From NCBI GenBank assembly GCA_029838195.1, contig JALGVJ010000013.1, positions 1-64,000 on the forward strand: a DNA stretch of 64,000 bases, read 5' to 3'. Under the pieces are notes generated by a model. That model saw only the letters and a program-made list of their open reading frames with translations. It had not been told where the DNA came from and did no database searches. This DNA comes from Promethearchaeota archaeon (GTDB lineage Archaea > Asgardarchaeota > Lokiarchaeia > Sigyniarchaeales > SOKP01). The position numbers were made by a program, and so were the translations under genes. Of the stretch, positions 1-10,124 are shown piece by piece; within the stretch, counting starts at the first letter, position 1; each line of letters begins with the position of its first letter.

Positions 1-288
1 AAGATGATATTTTACGGCTAATTAGGACAAGTAAAATAATGTCGGTTTGAATATCAAGACTAATCCATGCTAAATTTTAAAAAAAATAATATCTTATAAA
101 GTCAAGAAATTATTAACGAGGCTTAGGTTTAAGTTATATAAATCGAATATTTACGTTATCTAAACGGTTTAAAATTACCTATACAAGAAGATATTCCCTC
201 TCTACAAAAGAAATTAATTACTTATTTGGAAATACTTTTAATTCTACGTATTTTATTGTTAATACAAAAAAATAAGAAAATTTATTTA

Positions 289-972
289 ATGATGAAACGT
301 TCAGAAATCGATAGTTTAATCCTAAAATCCATTGATATTCTCCATGAAAATAAATTTTTTCTTCCTGAATTCGCCTATTGGACCTTAAATACTTGGAAAA
401 AACAGAATAAAGAAGAAATTCATGAGATTTTAGATAGAAAATTAGGATGGGATATTACGGACTATGGTTCAGGAGATTTTCATCGTTGTGGACTCATTCA
501 TTTCACCCTTCGTAATGGAAAGTCCAATAGCGGGAGAAATTATTGCGAAAAAATTATGATTGGTTTTCCAGGCCAAAAATTACCGTGGCATTATCACTTT
601 AATAAGTACGAGGATATAATTAATAGGGGGGGAGGAAATTTAATCGTTCAAGTCTATCAAAAAACTAAGAATAATGATTTTTCTATTGAAAAGATACCTA
701 TTTTAATAGATGGTATCAAAAAAGTTAAGAATCCGGGTGAAAAAATCATTTTGAAACCCGGACAATCCATCTATCTAAATGCCGGTATCTTTCATAGATT
801 TTGGGCAGATTCTTCCGCTTCGGTGGTATTAATTGGAGAGGTATCCAGCGTGAATGATGATAAATCGGATAATTTTTATAAGGGTGTGGTTCAACGCTTC
901 ATGGAAATTGAAGAAGATGAAAACCCTATTTATTTATTATACTCGGATTATGAAAAATATCTTTTTTCTTAA
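289..972 (+). CDS. D-lyxose/D-mannose family sugar isomerase (cupin)
   Basis: MKRSEI N-terminus, LGWDITDYGSGDF, FTLRNG, YCEKIM, PWHYH..KYEDIINRGGG, FHRFW, GEVSSVNDD..DN motifs. ATG at 289/292 preferred over the TTG at 226. Confidence 0.88.
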   Translation: MMKRSEIDSLILKSIDILHENKFFLPEFAYWTLNTWKKQNKEEIHEILDRKLGWDITDYGSGDFHRCGLIHFTLRNGKSNSGRNYCEKIMIGFPGQKLPWHYHFNKYEDIINRGGGNLIVQVYQKTKNNDFSIEKIPILIDGIKKVKNPGEKIILKPGQSIYLNAGIFHRFWADSSASVVLIGEVSSVNDDKSDNFYKGVVQRFMEIEEDENPIYLLYSDYEKYLFS

Positions 973-1782
973 TTTTATTGACCCATGATTTCAATCTAAA
1001 AGATCAAAAAATTCTAAGGAAGAATACCGAATGAAAATAAATCGAAAAGAAAGAAACCTTTTTACTATTAAATTAGATCGCATCTAGACCTCGTCATACA
1101 TGATAAATCGTGATGTAAGTTTTGGAATAAAAGGCAAGAAACGCTAAAATGGTATGAAAAAACCCCCGCCCGCTCCTTTTAAACATGTTTTAAGAACTAT
1201 TCAAATTTGCCTGGGAAGGGTATGAAATTCATGTTATCTCCTAATCTCACTTGGATGCCGCCCAGAAATAGACAAAAATATACACGGTTCGACACGCTAT
1301 CATTACTTTTGAAAGAATTTTTACTTATATAGAAAAATATCCTCATTTTACCCAATGGCAAACATCTCCTTAAGATTTTGAATGGATAAAAAATCTACCC
1401 CCAATCTATTTGAAAAAATTAAATAGATTAGCGGAAATAACTTTAAGAAATTGTGAGATTTTATATTATACTTCCTTACCCTTTTTTTTAAATCGTCCTT
1501 ATCCGCAAAAATAACTGAACAAATCATGGAAAACCCTATCATTCAATCAATATCACGATAGATTATCCGGTTCGAGTATTCATGCCTCTCCAATAATGAC
1601 TTAATACTCCTAAAAAATTTAAATGGCCGCTTGATGGTTGAGCCATTTGAAATTCAGACTCTAAAACTTCAATCTTTATAATTTTAATACTTGTTTTTTT
1701 AAGGCATTTTTTGATTTCGCATTTGAAAAATGAGAACATCTCATGAAATAAGCAAAAATAAAAAAATAAGTAGAATATAGTT

Positions 1783-2868
1783 TTAGATTTTAATCTTGAT
1801 GTTGTATTTATCTAATAAAAGCCCAATTGCAATTTCAAACAAAATCGGCAAAATCCCTACGAGTATAAGCGTGAGAGGTGGAAACGTCATCAAGAAATCT
1901 CTATAATTATCTGCCAAAATTCCCACGTATAAATCTACCAGAAATGCGAGAATAAACAAGACCAACATATTCTTTCCCATCGCTGTCAGAACCGGAAATT
2001 TAAAATCAATTCGATCAAAAAGATAAAAGATGGAAATCATAAACCCAGAAACCGCAATGGCAAAAATTGCTAAGGAGGTCGTGCAATCATGATGTTCTGC
2101 GGGCTGGATCCAATCAAAACAATAAAATGCTATCATTGCAATGGTTGATGCGGGAAGTACTTTTTTTTTAAAACCCGTTAAAATATCACCTGCCTCCTTT
2201 ATCCACTGCGAAAATGATGTCGCAATGATGGCAATTGCCGCATGATTAAAAGCATTAAATGGGAATATCAACACGCCTTCTGGATATCCCGTATCAATAT
2301 ATCTATCAAAAAGGGGCAAAGCGTACAAAATGGAATGAATGATCAACATCGCAATTCCCAAATATATCCGTTTATCTGCATTTTTGATTAAATATATGCC
2401 CATATAAGCAGCAAACGTACCTATCGCTAAATTTGCCAAAGTACCATTGTAAAGCACGTTTTTAATCCAGCTTGTTCCTCCTTCTAAGAGATCTCCTCCA
2501 ATCAATCCATCATCTAAAAAAGCTAAGAAATATAATACGGCTACTCGGATGATTCCATGTTTCCAAGCTTCTTTTACTCCTGCCTTCTCCACTCTTCCGG
2601 AAAATGCTAAGTATCCAACAAAACCCAAGATAAACATGAAGATTTGCTGCCCAATATCAATAATCGTGATTAAAGGTGGATAATAATTAGCATACCTGAA
2701 TCCATGATTCAATAAAGGTGGGCCAATGATTCCCGTGCCATTTTTTCCTGATAGTGGCCACGTGATCACTGATATAATTAAAAATATTATAACCAACCCT
2801 CGGAATTGATCCAACCATTCATATCGCACGTGATACTTTTCTTGGGGTTGTTCACGTTCTTCTGACAT
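1783..2868 (-). CDS. Multi-pass membrane acyltransferase, HGSNAT/DUF5009-like
   Basis: N-terminal LDQFRGL motif, LNHG, TIIDIGQQIFMFILG; about 10 hydrophobic segments. Confidence 0.65.
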   Translation of the reverse strand: MSEEREQPQEKYHVRYEWLDQFRGLVIIFLIISVITWPLSGKNGTGIIGPPLLNHGFRYANYYPPLITIIDIGQQIFMFILGFVGYLAFSGRVEKAGVKEAWKHGIIRVAVLYFLAFLDDGLIGGDLLEGGTSWIKNVLYNGTLANLAIGTFAAYMGIYLIKNADKRIYLGIAMLIIHSILYALPLFDRYIDTGYPEGVLIFPFNAFNHAAIAIIATSFSQWIKEAGDILTGFKKKVLPASTIAMIAFYCFDWIQPAEHHDCTTSLAIFAIAVSGFMISIFYLFDRIDFKFPVLTAMGKNMLVLFILAFLVDLYVGILADNYRDFLMTFPPLTLILVGILPILFEIAIGLLLDKYNIKIKI

Positions 2869-3694
2869 GATAATACACTTTTTTAACTAAGTAGTTCATG
2901 TATTTTTATTTAGATTTAAATATAAATCTACCTCCTATCCTATTTAAAGTCTTTTATTAATACCTTTCTAAATGCTTTAAGAAATTCATAAGATCTCATG
3001 GTTTCCTCTAAAAAATAAAAAATGCGATTGCTCACACTTGCGAGATAAGGAGGTGTAATTAGAAAATCTGATGATTTTTTCAAATAAATAGAATGAGAAA
3101 TACACGTGCTCATTTTTATAACACCACATGCTCTCCCTCCCTTTAATTCGCCATGAAATGAATCTTTTACGAGTAATCTTTAAAATAATTCGGAATCTCT
3201 GCGAATAATTCATTTTTATCTGATTATTATTTAAATTTTAAGTTTCAATGGATTAATAATGAAGGCTCATTTCATGTCCATGTTGTATCTCCTATAGAGA
3301 ATGGACGGAAAGAGCATTCATTCCTCAAAAAAATCGTTGGAATTGATTGAATAATGTTTATACATGTTCCTCCTCCGTGGTATATAAAAATAAATTCCTT
3401 ATAAATACCCGACATCTATTTCTCTCCCCTTCTATCCCTCTTTCATTTATTTTCACCCCATTATATTTCTAATTATGAATGATCCCCCTCTCTATCCCTC
3501 ATGTTCCTCCCGTCCTTCTCTAATTCGCATGTTCTTGATCACGTAATGAAATAACTCACTTTCTACATTTTTTTAAAAGGAAAAAAACCTACTTTGATTA
3601 AAATCGGATAAAGAAAATTTAAAATTAAACACTTCATTTACCAAAATATTACTACAAATTCATGAAAAACTACATTTTATGGAATGTTAAAAAC

Positions 3695-5182
3695 ATGTCA
3701 TATAAAAAACCAGATGAAAAAGACCTAGAAGCCATGATTGGCATCGTAGGTAAGCAGTACGCCACCAATAATAAAGCTATTACTGCTTCCTACCTCGCTA
3801 AATCAGTCATGGGCCTCGAAAGCCAGATCCCTGATATCGTCGTCCGCCCAAAATACGTGGAAGAAGTCAGAAAAATCTTGCTCTATTGCTCCGAAGAAAA
3901 AATCGCCGTATCGCCCATCTCTGCTGGCCTCTCTGGAGGATTCGCTTGCCCTACCCTCAAACCCGCTGGTGTACTCCTCGACCTCGGCCGCATGAATCGC
4001 ATCATTAACATTGACGAGAAAAATCGATTCGCAATCATCGAACCGGGAGTAACCAACGGCCAATTATGGGCTTACATGCACAAACATCATCCTGATTGGG
4101 CTCCTCCCATCGCTGATGGAGCCCCCCCCGCAGCAACAGTCATGGGTGATGCCATCGACCGTGGCTTTTCTCTTTACACGTCAAGCGTGGGACCTCAAGG
4201 CGATAATTTCATGTGCGCAGAAATCGTGTTTCCTAACGGTGATATCGTAAAAACGGGTTCATGGGCATTACCCGGCGCTAAACCCTTCTACAAGTATGGT
4301 CTTGGCCCGGACATGTGGTCCTTCCTCATGGGAAGCCAAGGTGCTCTCGGCGTGGTCACGAAAGCCGCCGTTAAAATTTATCCTCATCCCGACGCTAAAA
4401 CTGTCATCGCATGGGGCATGTCCAATCCATACGACATGCAAGATGTCACGTTGGAACTTGGCATGAAGGAGTTCGGAATTGCCCATAATACGGTGATGGT
4501 CCAAGGCGGAAATTATCCTTTGGTCATGACTCGCTGGCCCAAAGACAAGATTCCTCACGATTATGAGTTTTACAAGCAGCTTGGAATTCCGGAATGGTGG
4601 ATGAATTGGGAGTGCTGGGCACAAAGCCAAAGAGAATTAGATTTCGTGGTAGAAACTATTAATGAGCATTGCAAGGATTTCGCTAAAAACCGTGCCCGAG
4701 ATGGAGAAGCAATGAAACCTTGGGAGTTACATCCAAAACAAATTGCAAGTCGATTGAAAAAGCCGAATAAAATTGCTATCCCATATTCTTTTTGGGAGGC
4801 TGGATTTTTGTTCATTACATGGTATACGCCTTGGAATGAGTGTGCCCATTTTGCGGAAATGTATTGCGCAGCAATGGAAAAATACGGATTCCCTCCTGTC
4901 ATGTGGATTGCGAGCATCGAGCGTTGTAGACAAGCAATTTGTATGCCTATCGTGTGTTTTGATTCTACCAAGCCTGAAGACTTTGAAAAGGTACAAGATC
5001 TTAATAGGGAAACCACAGAATACGGGCTTGAGCAGGGCTGGTTAAATTATCGTCCAGATCCCTTCGTACACGCTCCTCTTACGTACAGCAGGGCAGCGAT
5101 GTACTGGAAATATTTGCGGGCGTTCAAAAAGCTTGTAGATCCGAATATGATCATGCATCCTGGACGATTAGCTTTGCCATAA
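3695..5182 (+). CDS. FAD-binding oxidoreductase (GlcD/VAO-PCMH family)
   Basis: PDIVVRP, GLSGG, LDLGRMNRI, IEPGVT, GSQGALGVVTK and the C-terminal DPNMIMHPG motif. Start at 3695 or 3662. Confidence 0.88.
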   Translation: MSYKKPDEKDLEAMIGIVGKQYATNNKAITASYLAKSVMGLESQIPDIVVRPKYVEEVRKILLYCSEEKIAVSPISAGLSGGFACPTLKPAGVLLDLGRMNRIINIDEKNRFAIIEPGVTNGQLWAYMHKHHPDWAPPIADGAPPAATVMGDAIDRGFSLYTSSVGPQGDNFMCAEIVFPNGDIVKTGSWALPGAKPFYKYGLGPDMWSFLMGSQGALGVVTKAAVKIYPHPDAKTVIAWGMSNPYDMQDVTLELGMKEFGIAHNTVMVQGGNYPLVMTRWPKDKIPHDYEFYKQLGIPEWWMNWECWAQSQRELDFVVETINEHCKDFAKNRARDGEAMKPWELHPKQIASRLKKPNKIAIPYSFWEAGFLFITWYTPWNECAHFAEMYCAAMEKYGFPPVMWIASIERCRQAICMPIVCFDSTKPEDFEKVQDLNRETTEYGLEQGWLNYRPDPFVHAPLTYSRAAMYWKYLRAFKKLVDPNMIMHPGRLALP

Positions 5183-5222
5183 GGCTAATATAAATTAAAA
5201 ACTAAGAGAGGTTGAAAATAAA

Positions 5223-6653
5223 ATGGCAAATAAAACTGGAATGGAAAGATTAGAAGAACTGAAAGGCCAAATCTTCAAATGTATTCACTGTAAGGCCTGC
5301 AGATTCGCTTATTCAGGAGAACCAAGCCGAAAAGGCATTGGTGAGTATAAGGGTAAACAGAAAACGGTTTTGTATGAAGGAATGGTAGATTCCTGTCCGG
5401 CTGGCATAGAATACGGCTGGGAAGCATTCTGGAATGCTGGAAAAGTCTGGATTGCACGCTCCATATTGAATGGAGATTTGGAGTTCTCTGAAGAGGTTCG
5501 TGATGTAATCATGCCATGCATTACATGCGGGATGTGTTCTGCTCAATGTGAAAACAAGATTCCTACTGTTGATATCATTGAATCACTTCGAGCCGCATGT
5601 ATTGAAGCAGGTGTTCCAATGATTGAAAAACATGAATTAGTAAATAGACTTGTTAAGGAATTGAATAATCCCTATGGTGGCAAGGCAGAGGAACGATTTA
5701 AGTGGGCTAAAGACGCAGGTTTGGAAAAATACATTAACAATAAAGGTGCGAAAATAGGCTATTTTGTGGGTTGTACTGCTTCTTATCGACAAATTGAAGT
5801 GGCTGTAGCAACAGCAAAACTTTTTGAACAATTAGGCATAAATTTCACTTTAATTGAGGAAGAAGTATGCTGTGGAAGTCCTTTTTTTAGAATAGGAGCA
5901 GTAAATACAGCTCAAGAACTGATGAACAAGAATCTTGAATTATTTAAGGGGTTAGATATGGTATATTTTTCGTGTGCTGGGTGTTACAGGACCATAACTA
6001 TTGATTATCCTAAATGGATGCCTGAAGGTGAAAAGCTTCCTTTTAAGACTCAACACGCCTTCGAGCTAATAGCCCGATTAATTCAACAAGAAAAAATAAA
6101 ATTCAAACCTAACAAAGAATTAAAGGGTAAAGTTGTGACTTATCATGATCCGTGCCACACAGGGCGACACTTCGGCATTGATTTTGAACAAGAGCTTATA
6201 AAACAGAGTAAAAATTTAATGTTCGATATGAGAAAAATTACTCAAAAAATTGATGAGTGGTTCGAAATTCCACGAGTTATTCTCAGAAAACTTCAAGAAG
6301 ATGTTGGTATTGTGTTCAAAGAAATGTATCGAATCAAGCTGAATTCCATGTGTTGCGGTGCAGGAGGTGGAGTTCGGGCGGGCTATCCTGATTTCTCCTT
6401 ACGCACGGCAAGCCTTAGATGTGATGAAGCGAATGCAATTGGAGCTGACATTCTCACGACGGAGTGCCCGTTCTGTTGGAGGAATCTTACTGATGCTAAT
6501 GAATTATATGGACATGGCATGAAAGTCATGGGGGTGCTTCAGATGATTACTGAATATGGTTTATTGGATATAGTGGCTTCGCCTTCCGAACAAGATTTCT
6601 TGACACCTTCTATTCGCGAGTTAGAAGAGGAGGGGTCAAAGAAAAAAAAGTGA
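5223..6653 (+). CDS. Fe-S oxidoreductase, GlcF/HdrD-like, with two CCG domains
   Basis: CIHCKAC...CP, CITCGMCSAQC, YFVGC, VCCGSP, YHDPCHTGR, CCGAGGG, ECPFC. Lies 40 nt after the FAD oxidoreductase with a GAGG SD, so probably one operon. Confidence 0.88.
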   Translation: MANKTGMERLEELKGQIFKCIHCKACRFAYSGEPSRKGIGEYKGKQKTVLYEGMVDSCPAGIEYGWEAFWNAGKVWIARSILNGDLEFSEEVRDVIMPCITCGMCSAQCENKIPTVDIIESLRAACIEAGVPMIEKHELVNRLVKELNNPYGGKAEERFKWAKDAGLEKYINNKGAKIGYFVGCTASYRQIEVAVATAKLFEQLGINFTLIEEEVCCGSPFFRIGAVNTAQELMNKNLELFKGLDMVYFSCAGCYRTITIDYPKWMPEGEKLPFKTQHAFELIARLIQQEKIKFKPNKELKGKVVTYHDPCHTGRHFGIDFEQELIKQSKNLMFDMRKITQKIDEWFEIPRVILRKLQEDVGIVFKEMYRIKLNSMCCGAGGGVRAGYPDFSLRTASLRCDEANAIGADILTTECPFCWRNLTDANELYGHGMKVMGVLQMITEYGLLDIVASPSEQDFLTPSIRELEEEGSKKKK

Positions 6654-6860
6654 AAGGGGAAGGCACTTACTAAATCTTTTTTTTTCCTCATTTTTGTTTA
6701 GATATTTTTTCATTTAATCCCGTATTATATTTTTGGTTCAATTGTAAAATAAATTTTCTAATTTAAGAAAACGATTGATTAAAGGTTTTTAGATAATAAT
6801 TAAAACTCGAGGATTCGCATTTCATGAGAAGAAAAGGGATGGGAAGGGGAGAGAGAGAAG

Positions 6861-6878
6861 AAAACAAAATTTTTAAAA
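6861..6878 (+). promoter_or_regulatory. Candidate BRE/TATA box for the leader-leuA transcript
   Basis: A-rich AAAACAAAA followed by TTTTTAAAA (6870-6878), about 55 nt upstream of the leader ATG. The AT-rich background weakens the call. Confidence 0.35.
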
Positions 6879-6931
6879 GGCATGATATTTTATTTAACAC
6901 TAAAGCAATTGTTTTAAAATTGTGGAGAACC

Positions 6932-7051
6932 ATGCCTCAGAGAATAACAATTTTTAAGAGAAGCCTTGTTCTGAGGAAGGATTCTTCGATAAAACGATTG
7001 CTTGGGTCTTTAATCTTATTAAACTCTTTATTATTATTATTATTATTATAA
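6932..7051 (+). CDS. Putative leucine-rich leader peptide of leuA (39 aa)
   Basis: MPQRITIFKRSLVLRKDSSIKRLLGSLILLNSLLLLLLL*; 14/39 Leu; seven tandem TTA codons (7028-7048) then TAA; GGAG at 6924-6927 before the ATG; ends 86 nt before leuA. Confidence 0.7.
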   Translation: MPQRITIFKRSLVLRKDSSIKRLLGSLILLNSLLLLLLL

Positions 7052-7115
7052 CCCCCTCCTTTCGAATTGAGGGCAATATATCTTGTTTGCATGATTCAAG
7101 GGGGGGATTCTTTTT
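7052..7115 (+). promoter_or_regulatory. Putative attenuator: alternative stem-loops plus T-tract
   Basis: CCCTC 7054-7058 can pair with GAGGG 7069-7073, or 7053-7067 can pair with ATTCAAGGGGGGG 7094-7106; followed by TTCTTTTT 7108-7115. Confidence 0.55.
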
Positions 7116-7137
7116 ACACTAAGTGAAATTAAAATAG

Positions 7138-8763
7138 GTGGAAATAGAGGTGGAAGGAAAAAAAGAAATAAATGTTTCGAAAATGATGGAAGTAATCAGG
7201 GAAGAGTTGCTCCTGCCTGAGAAAGCTTACTTTTTCGATACTACGCTTCGGGATGGAGAGCAAACCCCCGGAATAAGTTTTACATTGGAGGAGAAAATTT
7301 CCATTGCCCGTGCGTTGAATGAACTGGGCATTGACGTGATAGAGGCTGGATTTCCGGTGGTTTCTCAAGGAGATTTTGATGCTTGTCGGGAAATTGCCCA
7401 TTTGGGTTTAGATTCCGAGGTCATTGGATTGGCAAGATGCAATATGGTGGATATAGATAAGGTCATTGAAGCCGATATGGATAGCATTCACGTGTTCATT
7501 GCGACCTCGGATTTGCATTTAAAGGAGAAACTTCAGATGACGCGTGAGGAGGTCTTGGAACAGATTGAAAAGACGGTGTCATATGCTAAAGAGCATTACT
7601 CAACCGTGTTATTTTCTGCGGAGGATGCGACTCGTTCCAATTTAGACTTTCTATTAAAAGCCAACAAGCTAGCGGTGAAATGCGGGGCCACGCGCATTAA
7701 TATTCCGGATACTGTTGGAACTATCACGCCGAAAGCGTTCGGATACATCGTTCGCAAGCACCATGAATTCTTGCCAAAAAACGTGCGAATTGCGGTTCAT
7801 TGTCATAATGATTTTGGATTGGCCGTGGCAAATACAATTGCGGGGTTTGAAAATGGAGCATCAGAAGCTCAAACGACCATAATGGGTTTAGGAGAGCGGG
7901 CCGGTAATGCTTCTTTTGAGGAAACAGCCATGTCCTTGTATGCGCTTTATGGCATTCCCATGAACATCAATACTCGAAGAATTTTTCCCACGGCAAAATT
8001 AGTGGAGAGTTATTGTGGTGGAAAGATTAAAATCGGAAGGCTTCAGCCTTTAATTGGGCAAAATGCCTTTGCTCATGAGTCGGGAATTCATGCCCATGCA
8101 ATGATTAAGAATGCTCGCACGTATGAACCCTTATCCCCCGAGTTAATTGGCATCAAGAGATCGGACTCCATGGAGGAGATTGTTCGGCAGTCGATTAAAT
8201 TGGGGAAACATACGGGAGGGCATGCGCTTAAAGCCAAATTAAAGGAATTGGGCGTGAATACTACTGAAGAGCAGTTTAATAAGATAATGACAAACGTCAA
8301 ACGATTTGGCGATAAAGGACATGAAGTATCAGAGGAGGATTTCTTGGCAATCGTGAAAGACGTGTTGGGACAAATACCAGAACAAGAGCAATTTGTTCAT
8401 TTGGAGGAATTAACCGTATTGACGGGTTCGGTGACACCTACAGCGACCGTGAAGTTACAAATTAAAAATAATGGTGAATATATCGAGAAATTGGCTTCTT
8501 CTGTTGGTGTTGGCCCAGTAGATGCGAGCGTCAAAGCAATTGTCAAGTGTTTTGAGCCCATGAGTAAAATCAAACTCTTGGAATATAATATTGAAGCGGT
8601 TACGGGAGGTACGGAGGCTTTAGGACACGTTTCCATTGAATTAATGGACTTAGAAAGCAATCATATCGTGAAATCAAGCGCAACTCATGAAGATATTGTC
8701 ATGTCGTCGGTTTTAGCTCTCTTGAAAGGATTAAACCGGCTTTTAAAAGCAAAAAACAGTTAA
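7138..8763 (+). CDS. leuA: 2-isopropylmalate synthase (LeuA; citramalate synthase not excluded)
   Basis: DTTLRDGEQTPG, EDATRS, PDTVG, HCHNDFG, GLGERAGNA, HESGIH, and a C-terminal regulatory domain with GVGPVDA. Start GTG 7138 or 7150. Confidence 0.85.
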   Translation: MEIEVEGKKEINVSKMMEVIREELLLPEKAYFFDTTLRDGEQTPGISFTLEEKISIARALNELGIDVIEAGFPVVSQGDFDACREIAHLGLDSEVIGLARCNMVDIDKVIEADMDSIHVFIATSDLHLKEKLQMTREEVLEQIEKTVSYAKEHYSTVLFSAEDATRSNLDFLLKANKLAVKCGATRINIPDTVGTITPKAFGYIVRKHHEFLPKNVRIAVHCHNDFGLAVANTIAGFENGASEAQTTIMGLGERAGNASFEETAMSLYALYGIPMNINTRRIFPTAKLVESYCGGKIKIGRLQPLIGQNAFAHESGIHAHAMIKNARTYEPLSPELIGIKRSDSMEEIVRQSIKLGKHTGGHALKAKLKELGVNTTEEQFNKIMTNVKRFGDKGHEVSEEDFLAIVKDVLGQIPEQEQFVHLEELTVLTGSVTPTATVKLQIKNNGEYIEKLASSVGVGPVDASVKAIVKCFEPMSKIKLLEYNIEAVTGGTEALGHVSIELMDLESNHIVKSSATHEDIVMSSVLALLKGLNRLLKAKNS

Positions 8764-9953
8764 ATTGATTTTTTTAAAAAATCTTCTAAATAATTATACG
8801 CCGTTTCTAAGGTTGGTAAATCGGGTAAAAACGTAAAACGCACGTGTTTTTTACCGTAAAATCCAAATCCAGAACCATATACGGCGCAAACGCCCGTATA
8901 TTTTAAAAGATCAATTACAAATTCTTTATCATTTTTCCATTTTTTAAATTCTTCGAGCTCGATTCGAGGAAATAAATAAAACGTGCCCTCAGCATTAATG
9001 CAATGAAATCCCTCCATTTGTCGTAATCGTTTGTATGAATAATCCCTGCGTTCCTTCAACTTACGAACCATACTCTTAGTATGGGGTCCAGGATTCTTCA
9101 AGGCTTCGATAGCGGCGAATTGAGCATTAGAATTTGCACACAAACGAGAGCGGGCGATTTTTTCAATCCCTTCTTTTAATTCTTTTAATTTCCCATAGGG
9201 GTCATGAAAGTACATGTAGCCTAATCTCCAGCCCGTAGCCATGTGGGCTTTGGAAAAACCATTTAATCCGATGAGGGGAATATCTTTAGATAAAGTAGCA
9301 GGGCACGTATATTCTTTTTCAAAAACGATTTGGTCGTAGATTTCGTCCGATAACACGATTAAGTCATGCTCTCCCGCAAGATCTAAAATCTCTCGAATGC
9401 TTTTTTTATCATATATCACGCCCGTGGGATTGTTAGGAGAGCTGATTAATATGGCTTGGGTTTTTGGAGTAATTTTTTTTCTTAAATCTTCAATATTGGG
9501 AGACCAATCGTTTTCTTCTTCTAATTGGTATTCTACAGGCACGCCGTCAAAAAACCGAGAATAATTTATGTAAAGAGGATAACTCGGTCCGGGAATGAGA
9601 AGTTCGTTTCCATTTTCCAGCAAGCTAGCAAGAATGAAAAAAATCCCTTCTGTCACTCCGGCTGTTATTAAAATATCATCGGGTTCCAAGTTAATGGAAT
9701 TTTTCTCATTTTCATGCTTGCATACTTCTTCTCTAAGTTCTCTCACGCCCAAGCTATCGACATAATAATTTTGTCCGGAAAACGTGGAATCTGATAAAGC
9801 CTGGGAAATATATTTTGGCGTGTCAAAATCATACCTGGCAGGGTCTCCAATATTCATGTGAATGATTTTTTTTCCACTTTTTTCCACTTGCTCCGCGACC
9901 ACGGCGATGTCTCTAATAGCATATTCTAAATCTTTAACTCTTCTTGAAACCAT
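8760..9953 (-). CDS. Class I/II PLP aminotransferase (alanine aminotransferase-like)
   Basis: EYAIRD, NIGDP, PNNPTG, SDEIYD, GFSKAHMATGWRLG. Shares the TTAA stop region with convergent leuA. Confidence 0.9.
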   Translation of the reverse strand: MVSRRVKDLEYAIRDIAVVAEQVEKSGKKIIHMNIGDPARYDFDTPKYISQALSDSTFSGQNYYVDSLGVRELREEVCKHENEKNSINLEPDDILITAGVTEGIFFILASLLENGNELLIPGPSYPLYINYSRFFDGVPVEYQLEEENDWSPNIEDLRKKITPKTQAILISSPNNPTGVIYDKKSIREILDLAGEHDLIVLSDEIYDQIVFEKEYTCPATLSKDIPLIGLNGFSKAHMATGWRLGYMYFHDPYGKLKELKEGIEKIARSRLCANSNAQFAAIEALKNPGPHTKSMVRKLKERRDYSYKRLRQMEGFHCINAEGTFYLFPRIELEEFKKWKNDKEFVIDLLKYTGVCAVYGSGFGFYGKKHVRFTFLPDLPTLETAYNYLEDFLKKSI

Positions 9954-10124
9954 TTTCCTTTAATGAGATCTGGTGCTAAAAAAGTTGGTCTATTTATTGA
10001 AAAAGTATTATAAGATTAAATAAGGTTATCATTTACTTTTATTCCAAAAAAATATATTGCCTTTTCATTATTAAGTTCATAATAAGTTAAATCTCGTAAT
10101 GATCTTGGGGAGTTTCATACATCC

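Noticed and set aside
1150-1650. Short GC-rich stems (CTGGG/CCCAG 1211-1265; AAATGGC/GCCATTT 1621-1648) and ORF 1348-1542
   Set aside because: Stems of 5-7 bp with no recognisable ncRNA architecture; the ORF lacks motifs.
2986-3213. 75-aa minus-strand ORF
   Set aside because: No motif or SD; composition typical of AT-rich intergenic DNA.
3803-5045. Several antisense or alternate-frame ORFs inside the FAD oxidoreductase (and similar ones inside other genes)
   Set aside because: Nested in well-supported genes; expected from locally higher GC and codon bias; no motifs.
6824-6931. Longer 75-aa version of the Leu-rich ORF starting at ATG 6824
   Set aside because: The extension spans a purine tract and the likely promoter; ATG 6932 has an SD and lies downstream of the TATA-like box.
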